In this document: one piece after another, positions 1 through 9,625 of the stretch
Layout of the letters: the number at the start of each line of letters is the position of its first letter
Position numbering within the stretch: the first letter of the stretch is position 1
Translations under genes and position numbers: made by a program
The notes under the pieces: model-generated
What the model was told of the DNA's origin: nothing
Databases searched by the model: none
The model's input: only the letters and a program-made list of their open reading frames with translations
NCBI GenBank assembly: GCA_963835845.1
Contig: CAWIGT010000001.1
Location: forward strand, 324,102-388,101
Reading direction: 5' to 3'
Origin: an uncultured Chloroflexia bacterium
Lineage (GTDB): Bacteria > Chloroflexota > Limnocylindria > Limnocylindrales > CSP1-4
Length of the DNA stretch: 64,000 bases

Positions 1-5
1 CGCCG

Positions 6-431
6 GTGACCCGCCACACTCTCCTGGTTCTGGAGTCCGTGGATGCGATCGATCCGGTCTACGAGAGCCTGGTGTGCGGCCTGCTCTCCGGCGAAACCGA
101 CACGAACGGCTACCCGGAATACAACGCCATCGTCGGCGGAGTCGTCTCCCATTTCGACGACGTGACGGGCGACCTGCTCGTCCGCGCCGTTGTCGGCTGG
201 GGCGGCAAGGGTGTCCGTGGCGATACCGACCGGAACGCCGCGGGCGTGCTGGCCGGGCTGTTCAACAACGTTGCCGGCGACACTCACGCCGTAGGCACCG
301 TATCCAGCGACCGGCCGATGCCGTCGTCCGGCGCGATCGGCGGCGCGGCGTGCCAGCACTGCGGGTTCAGCTCCGGGCTCGAAAGGGCCTACTACTGCCC
401 GAAGTGCGGCATGCGGCTGGCTCGCGCTTAG
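6..431 (+). CDS. Hypothetical protein with C-terminal zinc ribbon (start may lie upstream of window)
   Basis: 141-aa ORF with globular composition, ending in CQHC-x11-CPKC; co-oriented with the next two genes. Confidence 0.7.
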   Translation: MTRHTLLVLESVDAIDPVYESLVCGLLSGETDTNGYPEYNAIVGGVVSHFDDVTGDLLVRAVVGWGGKGVRGDTDRNAAGVLAGLFNNVAGDTHAVGTVSSDRPMPSSGAIGGAACQHCGFSSGLERAYYCPKCGMRLARA

Positions 432-445
432 TGGTTTGAGGGCTC

Positions 446-748
446 ATGCCTAACTACGACTACGTCTGCTCCAACTGCGGCTACGAGACGGAGGTCATGC
501 ACTCCGTCCACGGCAACGGTCCCTCGGTCTGTCCGCGCTGCGGTGGGCCCATGAAGAAGGCCATATCCGCTCCCGCCGTCCATTTCAAAGGCGGTGGCTG
601 GGCGCGCAAGGAACGTTCCTCGACGGGCAAGTCCGCCCGATCGGAGGGCAAGGACACGAGCTCAGCCTCCAGCGACGGATCGGAGAAACCGGGAGACAAG
701 CCGATCGCACCGCCGGCCACGGAGCCGGCCAAGAAAGACGCTGACTGA
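446..748 (+). CDS. FmdB family zinc-ribbon regulatory protein
   Basis: MPNYDYVCSNCG...CPRCG...HFKGGGW signature; low-complexity tail; GAGG SD upstream. Confidence 0.9.
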   Translation: MPNYDYVCSNCGYETEVMHSVHGNGPSVCPRCGGPMKKAISAPAVHFKGGGWARKERSSTGKSARSEGKDTSSASSDGSEKPGDKPIAPPATEPAKKDAD

Positions 749-751
749 TAG

Positions 752-994
752 ATGTCGAAGGCACCGTCCGACTGGATTTCCCTTTCGGAGGCTGCCGAAC
801 TCCTGGCGTCCTCAAACGTGAGATTCACCCCCGGCACGATCGGCCGCTGGGCTCGCGTCGGGCAGCTGCAGAGCATCAAGCTCGGCAATCGACGATTCGT
901 GCGCAGGACGCAGATCCGATCGTTGCTGCGGCCCCACGGGTCGGTCCACGTCGACGAATTCCAGCCGGGGCTCTTCGAGGGGCTGGACGACTGA
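752..994 (+). CDS. Small excisionase/BldC-like HTH DNA-binding protein (HTH_17)
   Basis: WISLSEAAELL...TIGRWARVGQLQSIKLGNRRFV pattern; C-terminal QPGLF. Confidence 0.8.
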   Translation: MSKAPSDWISLSEAAELLASSNVRFTPGTIGRWARVGQLQSIKLGNRRFVRRTQIRSLLRPHGSVHVDEFQPGLFEGLDD

Positions 995-1054
995 CGTCGA
1001 CGTCTCGGCGATGGCCCGAATGACCCGCGGGCAGCGATGGCGGCCGAGCCGGGA

Positions 1055-3532
1055 TCAGGCCTGCTTGGTACCGCAGCGCCGGCAGAAGCGGGCGTGCGTC
1101 GAGACCGGGAGAGCGCAGCGCTGGCAGGTCCGAACCGAGCCGCGATTGAGCACTTCCTCCGCGGACTGCGCCCACATCTCGGCCACCGTCGGCGTCCCCG
1201 CCTGTTGAGCGGCAAGGATCGCGGGCAACGGAGCCGCCTCGGGTCCGGGCCAGGCTCGCTGGGGCTTCTCCGGAGCGGTCCAGTTCGGGCCGATGGGCGG
1301 CCACGGCACGGCGGGCATGGAATCGGCGGCGACACGTTCGTTCGGAGTCTGAGGAGCGGGGACCGCCGGCGGACGTTGGCCGGTCCGGGCTTCGTCCGGC
1401 GTCTCGGCGGAGCGGCGCGCCGCGGCGTCGGCTACTTCACGATCGGCGTCCGGCCACGCCGCCGGCCCCGCTGTGGCTTCGAGCCGGGCGGCGGTCGCGA
1501 TCGGCGCGGCGTACACCGGCGGACGTACGGCCGGCTGCGGCTGAACGGGCCGTGCGTGGATCGGGGCGGGGAGCGGCGGGATGGGCCCGGTCGGGGCGCC
1601 GCCCGGGGAGGCGGCCACGGCGGGAACCGCCGGGCTCGGGGAAGCCGGCGCAGGCGGCGCGGGCGCGGCGACCGGAGAAGGTTCGGAGGGTATCAAAGTC
1701 CCCGGCTCGACCAGCCAGAATGGCTCGTCCGGCTGTTCTTCCTCGTCGTCCCGGCCGGCGGTGGCGTCGGTCCAGAACGAGTACTCCTCCGGGGGGACGT
1801 CTGCCGAGGCAACGTCCGAGTCGCTCGTGGCTGCATCGGCGCCGACCGCGGATAGTCGCATCGCGGCTGCCGTGCGGGGATCGATGCCGGCCTGCGTGGC
1901 CTGCGGGCCGATCGGCTCCGGCTCGGCTCGCATCTGCTCGTTCTCGGCAGGCCCGGGAGTCGGCGAGCCGGCCGCCTCCGGCCTGAGCCCGTCGATGCCG
2001 GCTTCGGTGTGCCCGGACTCGGCCCAGGCGGGCTCGACGTTGATGGGCGACGGCATATCCCGCTCCGGCGCCGACTGTTCAGCGGCCGGCGGCTGAGCGT
2101 CGAGGCGGTCCGGGCCCGACTCGCCGGCCCCGGGCTGCGTCTTCGCCTCCTCGGCGGGGCCATCGACCGCACCGAGCCAGCCGTGGTTCTCGAGTGGCCG
2201 GTCCATCCAGGGCGTGGCGACCGGCCAGGCGGCCCCGACTGCCGGTTCCGGGTCGGCGTCGAGCCCAGCCGATCCAGGGGCAAGCTCGACGGGCGCTTCG
2301 TGCCGGCCGAAGAGTCGCGCCATGAGAGGCAAGCGCTCGCGCGGCTGCGGTTCAGGAGTGGCAGCGGCGAGTGGCGGAAGGGCCGGTGACGCGATTGGCA
2401 TCCGCAGAACGTGGCCGGCGCCGACCGGTTGAGGTGGCAGCTCAACGCGGAACGCGGGCTCGTCCTCGGGCTCGGTCCGGCGCGGAGGCTCGGCTTGAGG
2501 GATGGCCGTCGAGTCGACCTGGTGCCCGAACTCGGGCCCGGCCTCGACTGCGAACTCCGCCGTGCCCTCGAGATGGCCGCGGATCGAGGTGAACGGCTGC
2601 AGGGCCGGAGTCGGATTCGGGATGGCGGGCGCGTCGGGCGTCAAAACCTGCGGAGCCGGAGCGCTCCACGTGGCGCCGTCCCATTCGGGCAGCGCGGCCC
2701 CGACATCAGAGCTCGGCATGAGCGCAGAGGTCTCGGCTCGAGCCTGGCTGGCGTCCGACTCGTACGTCTCCGGCTGTGCCTGGTCGGCCCCGGCCGGCTT
2801 GAGCGGCTGGCCAAGCTGAGACTCGACGAGCATCAACTCCTCGGGCGTCAGTGCCATTTCCGGAGAGATCTCGTCCGTGATCGGCCACAGGCTGGTCGTG
2901 AGCGGGTCGGCGCGTTTGTATGACGCTCGCTGGACCACCGGCGGCCCGGGATCGAGACCGGCCTGCAGAGCCGGTTCGGCTTGCGGAAGGTCAGTGAGCG
3001 GCCAGTCCGGCGGAGCCTGTGGCGCCACCGGATCCTCGGGGCTCGCATCCCCGAATCGGATCGGCGCGTTGAACGGCACCGGAGGATCCGGCTCGGGTCC
3101 GGCATCCGAACTGAAATCGTCGCGCAGGAAGGCCCACTCTGAATCCGACTCGGCGACTTGCGGGTTGGCGGGCGGCGGCACACGGGCGAGGCCCGGCACG
3201 TTGACTCGATCCCGGTCCGCGGTCGGCGCGCAGGACAGGCAGACGCCCAGGACGGGATCCCAGCAACGATCGCAGGCGTACTGGCGGCAGGTCATGCACA
3301 GGTTGAAGGTCTTGTGGAAGGCCTCGGTCATCCGGCTCGAGTCCTCATGCCCCTCTTCGAGGCGAGCCAGCGCCAGGGCATCGGCCATGGATTGACCGTC
3401 GGTGAGAACGAAGTTACGCAGGCCCTTCGCGAGCACGGTCGCGCGCTTCAGCGAGAAGCCTTTGGGTGTGCTCGGGCTGAAGACATACCTGGCACCACAC
3501 CGCTCGCAGTACGAGTCGGTCAGTTCGGCCAT
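1055..3532 (-). CDS. Large Pro/Ala/Glu-rich protein with N-terminal multi-CxxC domain and C-terminal double zinc ribbon
   Basis: ATG 3532 with GGAG SD; CERC...CMTC-CDRC-CLSC at the N-terminus; CQRC...CRRC at the C-terminus; long low-complexity middle. Confidence 0.8.
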   Translation of the reverse strand: MAELTDSYCERCGARYVFSPSTPKGFSLKRATVLAKGLRNFVLTDGQSMADALALARLEEGHEDSSRMTEAFHKTFNLCMTCRQYACDRCWDPVLGVCLSCAPTADRDRVNVPGLARVPPPANPQVAESDSEWAFLRDDFSSDAGPEPDPPVPFNAPIRFGDASPEDPVAPQAPPDWPLTDLPQAEPALQAGLDPGPPVVQRASYKRADPLTTSLWPITDEISPEMALTPEELMLVESQLGQPLKPAGADQAQPETYESDASQARAETSALMPSSDVGAALPEWDGATWSAPAPQVLTPDAPAIPNPTPALQPFTSIRGHLEGTAEFAVEAGPEFGHQVDSTAIPQAEPPRRTEPEDEPAFRVELPPQPVGAGHVLRMPIASPALPPLAAATPEPQPRERLPLMARLFGRHEAPVELAPGSAGLDADPEPAVGAAWPVATPWMDRPLENHGWLGAVDGPAEEAKTQPGAGESGPDRLDAQPPAAEQSAPERDMPSPINVEPAWAESGHTEAGIDGLRPEAAGSPTPGPAENEQMRAEPEPIGPQATQAGIDPRTAAAMRLSAVGADAATSDSDVASADVPPEEYSFWTDATAGRDDEEEQPDEPFWLVEPGTLIPSEPSPVAAPAPPAPASPSPAVPAVAASPGGAPTGPIPPLPAPIHARPVQPQPAVRPPVYAAPIATAARLEATAGPAAWPDADREVADAAARRSAETPDEARTGQRPPAVPAPQTPNERVAADSMPAVPWPPIGPNWTAPEKPQRAWPGPEAAPLPAILAAQQAGTPTVAEMWAQSAEEVLNRGSVRTCQRCALPVSTHARFCRRCGTKQA

Positions 3533-3934
3533 TGTCGCTCCGTTATCTGCTGGCCTGCGCCGAGCGCTGCCGGGAACGCTCTCTGCGAGGGTACGCCCAA
3601 CACCTCCAGGCGACAGTAGGCCTGCTGGTACTCGGCGGCAGGGCCCGAAGGTCCCGTAGGCGACGCGGCTGGCCGGGAAGGCAAAGGAGCGGTCCCGTCC
3701 TGAATCTGCCCGTAGGGCGCGGTCGAATGGCCGTGAGAGGCGCACCGTGTGAGGAAACTTGTCAGACGCAACGCCACGTCATAACGAAACGGAGACCCGA
3801 CGGTAATACGACCCCCTCGTCTCGGCGTAGTATGGGGCCGCCTTTCGCCCCTTGCGGGTGAGGGCGTCACGGGACCCAGGCTTTGCGAGTCATTCGCGGG
3901 CCACCAACAGCCTTCGCGTCCTGAAGAGAGAGTC

Positions 3935-4931
3935 ATGAGCACCATCCACGAAACCGGCGAGAAGGTAGCCGCCAACGTCGAGCGGGTCATCATTGGCAAG
4001 CGCCAGGAGGTCCGACTCACCCTCGTTGCGCTGCTGTGCCGCGGCCACTTGCTCATCGAAGACGTGCCCGGAACCGGCAAGACCATGCTCGCCAAGGCCG
4101 TTGCCCGCAGCCTCGGCTGCACCTTCCGGCGCATCCAGTTCACGCCTGACCTGTTGCCGTCAGACGTCACCGGCCTCTCGATCTACAACCAGAAGACGCA
4201 GGAATTCGAATTCCGACCCGGCCCGATCATGGCGCAGGTGGTTCTCGCCGACGAGATCAACAGGGCGACGCCCAAGACACAGTCGTCGCTGCTGGAATGC
4301 ATGGAAGAGCATCAAGCCACGATCGACGGCACGACATATCAGATGCCGGAGCCGTTCCTGGTCATCGCCACGCAGAACCCGATCGAATACGAAGGCACGT
4401 TCGCCCTCCCGGAAGCCCAGCTCGACCGATTTATGCTCCGGATCCGGCTGGGCTACCCGAGCCCGGCAGACGAGCAGACGATCCTGGACGAGCAGAAGAT
4501 CACGCACCCTCTCGAAGAACTGCAGGAAGTCCTGGCTGTCGAAGAGCTGCGAGAGTTGCAGGCCGACGTTCGCAAGATCTACGTCGATCCGAGTGTGGCG
4601 AGTTACATCGTGCGGCTCGTGAACGCCACCCGGACCCACCCCGACGTTTATCTGGGCGCATCGCCGCGCGGGTCGCTGGCGCTCTACCGAACGGGCCAGG
4701 CGCTGGCGGCCCTGGCCGGCCGCGACTACGTGATCCCCGACGACATCAAAGCCCTGGCCGAATTCGGCTCTGGCTCACCGCCTGATCATCAAGACCAGTT
4801 CGTCGATGCACGACATAGACCCACGCCAGGTGATCGCGGAACTTCTCAACTCGGTTCCGGTGGACGACACCCGCGCTGCCGGCGGGGATCGTCAAGGCGT
4901 AGCGGCGCAGCGGCCGCAGGCAGCTCGCTAG
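3935..4931 (+). CDS. moxR: MoxR family AAA+ ATPase (one apparent frameshift near 4766)
   Basis: [42 protein letters not shown]; the +1 frame continues ALAHRLII to TAG 4931. Confidence 0.93.
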
Positions 4932-4952
4932 TACTTCGGGGAGCTTCGTCCC

Positions 4953-6179
4953 GTGATCCGACGGCTCCAGTTCCTGATCGTCGCGGTCGCTCTGCTCATT
5001 GCGGCCTTCTCCACCGGCCTGACCTTCCTGTTCTTCGTGGTCTACCTGGGCCTGCTCGCGATCGGCGGCAGCTACGTGCTGACGCGTTTCGGCCTGGCCG
5101 ACCTCGAGGCCGGATATCGCGTCGACCACCGCCAGGGCCACGTCGGCGACGATCTGCGGACCACCTACAGCATCTCGAACGCCAGCGGCTTGCCGAAACC
5201 CTGGCTGGAGGTCTACAACCCGACGGACCTGCCGGTTCCTCTGCCTGGGCGGGCTCTCGGGCTGCGGCCGTGGGCGCAGCGGTCGTGGGTCGCAATCGTG
5301 CCGTTGACCCGCCGCGGAACCTACCGGATCGAACCGATGGTGGTCAGGACGGGCGATCCGTTCGGATTCTTCGAAGCCGCCGCCACGGTTGGGCGGCCGA
5401 CCGGCGTCACAGTCTTCCCGCGTATCGTCCCGCTGCCTCGCTGGCGCCTGCCGAATGCCTACCTCGAAGGGACGCACTCCGCTCCCGAGCGGACGCTCCA
5501 GACGACGCCGCTGGCCACGACCGTGCGACCGTACGCGCCGGGTGACAGCTTCAACCGCATTCACTGGCGGACGACGGCGCGCCTGGGCGAAATACAGGTG
5601 AAGGAATTCGATCTGGAGCAGACGGCGGACGTGTGGATCTTCGTCGACCTCGAGACCCGGGTGCACACCGGCCAGGGCGACGTGTCCACGGTCGAAGAGG
5701 CGATGCGTGTCGCGGCATCCATAGCGCACGATGCCTTCCTCGAGAACCGGGCCGTGGGCCTCACGACCAGCGGTCACCGCCTGGTCTCGATACCGGCAGA
5801 CCGCGGGCCAAGACAGCGGCAGAAGATCATGCAGCTCCTGGCGGCCGTGGAGGACGATGGCCACATGCCTCTGGCCGAAGTCCTGCTGACGGGGCTGCCC
5901 AAGCTCCGGCGGGGCATGACCGCCGTGGTCGTGACGCCCTCTCGGGAGCGCCAATGGGTGCGGGCGCTGACCCCGCTCCGGGGCCGTGGCGTGACTTCCG
6001 CGGTCGTTGTTCTCGACGCGCCAAGTTACGAGAGGTATCACCACAAGGGCGAGAAGATCGAGTCCGACGTGGATCCGGCATCGCAAGAACAGCGGGCGCT
6101 GCATTTCGCGCTCGCCGAGTACGACGTCAAGACCTACGAAGTCCACGCCGGCGACAACCTGGGCACGGTCCTCGCATGA
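4953..6179 (+). CDS. DUF58 domain protein
   Basis: N-terminal TM helices, [30 protein letters not shown]; follows moxR. Confidence 0.9.
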   Translation: MIRRLQFLIVAVALLIAAFSTGLTFLFFVVYLGLLAIGGSYVLTRFGLADLEAGYRVDHRQGHVGDDLRTTYSISNASGLPKPWLEVYNPTDLPVPLPGRALGLRPWAQRSWVAIVPLTRRGTYRIEPMVVRTGDPFGFFEAAATVGRPTGVTVFPRIVPLPRWRLPNAYLEGTHSAPERTLQTTPLATTVRPYAPGDSFNRIHWRTTARLGEIQVKEFDLEQTADVWIFVDLETRVHTGQGDVSTVEEAMRVAASIAHDAFLENRAVGLTTSGHRLVSIPADRGPRQRQKIMQLLAAVEDDGHMPLAEVLLTGLPKLRRGMTAVVVTPSRERQWVRALTPLRGRGVTSAVVVLDAPSYERYHHKGEKIESDVDPASQEQRALHFALAEYDVKTYEVHAGDNLGTVLA

Positions 6180-6210
6180 GCGTGCTTCATGCCGACAGGT
6201 GGTGGTAGCG

Positions 6211-8655
6211 ATGGCAACGGGACGCTGGGCGGATCCGAACCGCTCTGAGGTATACCGGCCGATGGCCGCCGACGCGTCGCGCTTCGAGGACGCGGGACCG
6301 CTGGCTCAGATTGCCGATCGGATGCGCCCTGACGAGGGCTGGGCGAGCTTGTTTCTCGTGCTGCTGCTGGCCGTCACGATGGCCTGGTCCGTCGCGGATG
6401 CCCGTTGGATTCTGGGGCGGGATTCATTCACCAGCTTCCTGATCTGGGCGGCCCTCGGCGCCGCGCTATGGGGCTATGTGAGCTCGCGGCTGAGCATCTC
6501 GCCGTGGGTCGCGCAAGCTCTCGGTTGCGTGATCGGAGCCTTCGTCCTGATCGAGCTCATCGGCATGTCTCTGCCGGACGCCCAGCCCGGACTCGTGGGC
6601 TGGTTCAACGCGACCTCCAACTCGGTCGTGGAGGCCTATCTCGACCTCACCTGGAGGCATCAGCTTTCGACGCTCCAGGTAGGGCATTTCTGCCTGATCC
6701 TCGGAATCCTGGTCTGGGGTACCGCGCAGGCGGCCTCGTACGACGTCTTTGGCTACCACCGTTCGGTCAACGGTGTCCTGCTGCTGGCCGTGGCCCTGAT
6801 CGCGAACATGTCGCTGACACTGAACGACCAGTTTCCGGCGCTCGTCGTGTTCTGCGCCGCTGCGCTGGTGCTGCTGCTGCTGGCCCACGCCGCCGACGAA
6901 CGGACCAGCTGGCTGCGCCACCGGATCTGGCGCGGGCGCGACTTCCAGGCGCCGCACCTACAGGGCGGCATGGCCTTTGCCTCGGTGGCCGTTGTCGGGT
7001 CCTTGATACTCACTTCGGTAGCCAGCTCGGCCCCGCTCGCGAGCACCTTCAGCAGCCTGGGCCCGCAGATCCAGAACGAGCTGGGCTGGCTGAGCGGTCT
7101 CTTGCCCAACGGCGGCGCGAGCCGCGTCCAGCCGACGGCCGACTTCGGCAATGTCGCGTCGATCAGTTCCGCGTTCCGGGAGACCACGCACGACATCTTC
7201 ACGGTCCGCGTCCCGTCGAGTTCCATCTCCTACCACTGGCGCCTGGTCGCGTACGACACATTCCAGACCACAGGTTGGTCGGTCGGCGCTACTCAGCAAG
7301 ACGACGTGATCGCCGGCGAGTCGATCAACGCAGGCACCCTGGACCAGGTCTCGTCGAACACGCCCGGACGCACGGCGGTCCAGATCGAGGTCCACGTGCA
7401 GGACAGCACGCTCCAGCATCTGGTCGATGCCAACGAGCCGGACAGCGTCAACGTTGCGGTGCAGCGAACTCTGGTCGGGACCGACCCGTCGAGCCTTGAC
7501 GTGGCCTGGCTGACGAGCAACGCCACCGATTACACGGTGTCGGCCATCGTTCCCGATACGAGCCCCAACGGGGCTGGACTGACCGAATGGCGGCTCCAAC
7601 ATGCGGGTACCGACTACCCGGCGGGTCTTCTGGACCGATACACGCAGGGCGCGAATCTCGTCGGGTCGCACGGCAAGACTCTGCTGACGGAAATCGCGAC
7701 CTGGGCCCATGCCAACGGCAACACCTTCACCGACGAATACGACGTCGCCAAGGCGATCCAGAGCTACCTGCAAGGGGACACTTTCCGCTACAACACGGAC
7801 ATCACGGGCCTGATGCCTCAATGCGCGGGCCTCTCCACGGTCGATTGTTTCGCCATGATCCGTCAGGGTTTCTGCGAGCAGTACGCGACGACCATGACCA
7901 TGCTCATGCGGATGGAGGGTTTCCCGGCTCGCTACGTGCTCGGGTATCTGCCCGGTCCGACCGATCAGCAGACATTGACCGAACAGGTCACGAGCCAGCA
8001 GAAGCACGCCTGGGTCGAGGTCTACTTCCCGACGTATGGCTGGATTCCATTCGACCCGACGGGCGGCGGGATCGGCTCACCGACCATCCTGGCGCCCGGG
8101 ACCGCCGTGGCCTCGACCCCGAGCCCGCTTCCGTCGATCGGCCCGGGTGGCACGTCGGGGCTCGACGCTCCTTCCCGCCGGCCGGTCTCCGGTGCGACTT
8201 CCACGACGCCGACCAGCGGCGCAAACCTGCAGGTGATCCTCGTGCCGGCGCTGCTGGTTGCGGTCCTGTTGCTCGCGTTCTTCGTCATGTGGCGCCGCCG
8301 GCCGCGCCGTCTCGAAGGCCCGGACACGGTGTATCGAAGCATCGTCCGGCTTGCCAGCCGACTCGGCTACAAACCGAAACCGACCCAGACGATCTTCGAG
8401 TACACCGGTATGCTCGCCGAGGTGGTTCCGCGGGCCAGGGAGTCGCTGGGCGTCGTTGCCACGGCGACGGTGGACGTGACGTACGGGAAGCAGGAACTCA
8501 GCTCCGAGAGGCTGGAGTTCGTGGCGACCGCTCAGCGCATCGTCCGGCAGGCCTTGCTCCGGCTGGCCGTCCGAATACCCAGACTGCGTGTGCGCGGCCG
8601 GGGACGGGGCAAGGGAGGTCCCTCCGTCACCGGGGCACCCGACCAGCGAAGCTGA
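6211..8655 (+). CDS. Membrane-anchored transglutaminase-like protein (TgpA type)
   Basis: Multi-TM N-terminus; GFCEQYAT / HAWVEVY / FDPT Cys-His-Asp triad; C-terminal TM and DUF4129-like tail. Confidence 0.9.
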   Translation: MATGRWADPNRSEVYRPMAADASRFEDAGPLAQIADRMRPDEGWASLFLVLLLAVTMAWSVADARWILGRDSFTSFLIWAALGAALWGYVSSRLSISPWVAQALGCVIGAFVLIELIGMSLPDAQPGLVGWFNATSNSVVEAYLDLTWRHQLSTLQVGHFCLILGILVWGTAQAASYDVFGYHRSVNGVLLLAVALIANMSLTLNDQFPALVVFCAAALVLLLLAHAADERTSWLRHRIWRGRDFQAPHLQGGMAFASVAVVGSLILTSVASSAPLASTFSSLGPQIQNELGWLSGLLPNGGASRVQPTADFGNVASISSAFRETTHDIFTVRVPSSSISYHWRLVAYDTFQTTGWSVGATQQDDVIAGESINAGTLDQVSSNTPGRTAVQIEVHVQDSTLQHLVDANEPDSVNVAVQRTLVGTDPSSLDVAWLTSNATDYTVSAIVPDTSPNGAGLTEWRLQHAGTDYPAGLLDRYTQGANLVGSHGKTLLTEIATWAHANGNTFTDEYDVAKAIQSYLQGDTFRYNTDITGLMPQCAGLSTVDCFAMIRQGFCEQYATTMTMLMRMEGFPARYVLGYLPGPTDQQTLTEQVTSQQKHAWVEVYFPTYGWIPFDPTGGGIGSPTILAPGTAVASTPSPLPSIGPGGTSGLDAPSRRPVSGATSTTPTSGANLQVILVPALLVAVLLLAFFVMWRRRPRRLEGPDTVYRSIVRLASRLGYKPKPTQTIFEYTGMLAEVVPRARESLGVVATATVDVTYGKQELSSERLEFVATAQRIVRQALLRLAVRIPRLRVRGRGRGKGGPSVTGAPDQRS

Positions 8656-8737
8656 TGTTGCGCCGGTCACCGGGCCCTCAGAGACGACCATGGGGACTGC
8701 GCCGCCGGGGCCGACCCGTTGGGCACGACCGCTCCGT

Positions 8738-9625
8738 CTAGAGTGCGCCGGTTCGATCCCGGTCGGAGTTGTCGCGAGCCTGCTGCTCGGCTTCCGAACC
8801 CAGATGCGAGTCGAGATTCAGCGCCCGCAAGACTGCCCGCCCGGCCCGTATCTCCACGACACTGATAGACCCGAGCCCGAAGTCGAAGTTCCAGAAATGG
8901 TCCATCGACAGACCGAACAGAGCGCAGGCCACGACCCGAAAGACGCCGCCGTGTCCGACGATGAGAGACCAGTGGCGACGATCCGGCGCCGCGTCTTCAT
9001 AGCCAAGGACCTGGTGCCGGTCGTGCGTCCCGGGTTCGACGCCGTGGGCCATCTCGTCCAGGAGGGTGGCGAGCGCGGCTTCGACTCGAGCGGACACTTG
9101 ATCGAGCGTCTCGCCTCCCGGCGCGTGAAAGCGGGTGGGCCAGCGACGCCAGCCCGCCAGCGAGTCGCCGAATTGCGCCGTGATCTGGGCGTCGGTCAGC
9201 CCCTCCCAGTCGCCCTGGGCGATCTCGGAGAAACCGGCGTCGGATCGGAGTGGGGGAGCGGCGCGACCGGCCAGGCGCATCTCCTCGGCGGCCAGCTCGG
9301 CGCCGCGGCGGGCTCGGCCCAGCGGCGAGTGGACGATGGCGAAGGGTGATGAGTCGGGTATTGGCAAGCCGGGTGCAAGGTTCGGAGCGGCCAGGCGGCG
9401 GCCGGCCAGACGCGCCTGGCGCTCGCCGAGGGCCGTCAGCGGGGCCTCCATCGATCCCTGGAAGCGCCTCTCGACGATGAACTGCGTCTGGCCGTGGCGG
9501 AGCAGAACCAGGACCGCATCCAGGCCGGCCGGAATGAACGGCACGGCCCCCGAGACCGGGGAATCCCCGGCGAGGGGAACTCCCGCGGCTCGGGGCCCAT
9601 CCGCGTCCCGCAGAGGAGAGCTCAA
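8738..9625 (-). CDS. Histidine phosphatase family protein, probable phosphoserine phosphatase
   Basis: LLRHGQT, HSPLGRA, EIAQGDWEG, VGHGG; TTG start overlaps the serA stop. Confidence 0.85.
   Translation of the reverse strand: MSSPLRDADGPRAAGVPLAGDSPVSGAVPFIPAGLDAVLVLLRHGQTQFIVERRFQGSMEAPLTALGERQARLAGRRLAAPNLAPGLPIPDSSPFAIVHSPLGRARRGAELAAEEMRLAGRAAPPLRSDAGFSEIAQGDWEGLTDAQITAQFGDSLAGWRRWPTRFHAPGGETLDQVSARVEAALATLLDEMAHGVEPGTHDRHQVLGYEDAAPDRRHWSLIVGHGGVFRVVACALFGLSMDHFWNFDFGLGSISVVEIRAGRAVLRALNLDSHLGSEAEQQARDNSDRDRTGAL

Noticed and set aside
752-994. Prophage excisionase
   Set aside because: No integrase, att site or phage genes in the window
3835-3905. c-di-GMP-I riboswitch (CGCAAAGC on the minus strand)
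   Set aside because: Lacks the GGCAAA...GAAA...GACGCAAA order and P3 motif; the similar GGCAAAC near 46937 also fails
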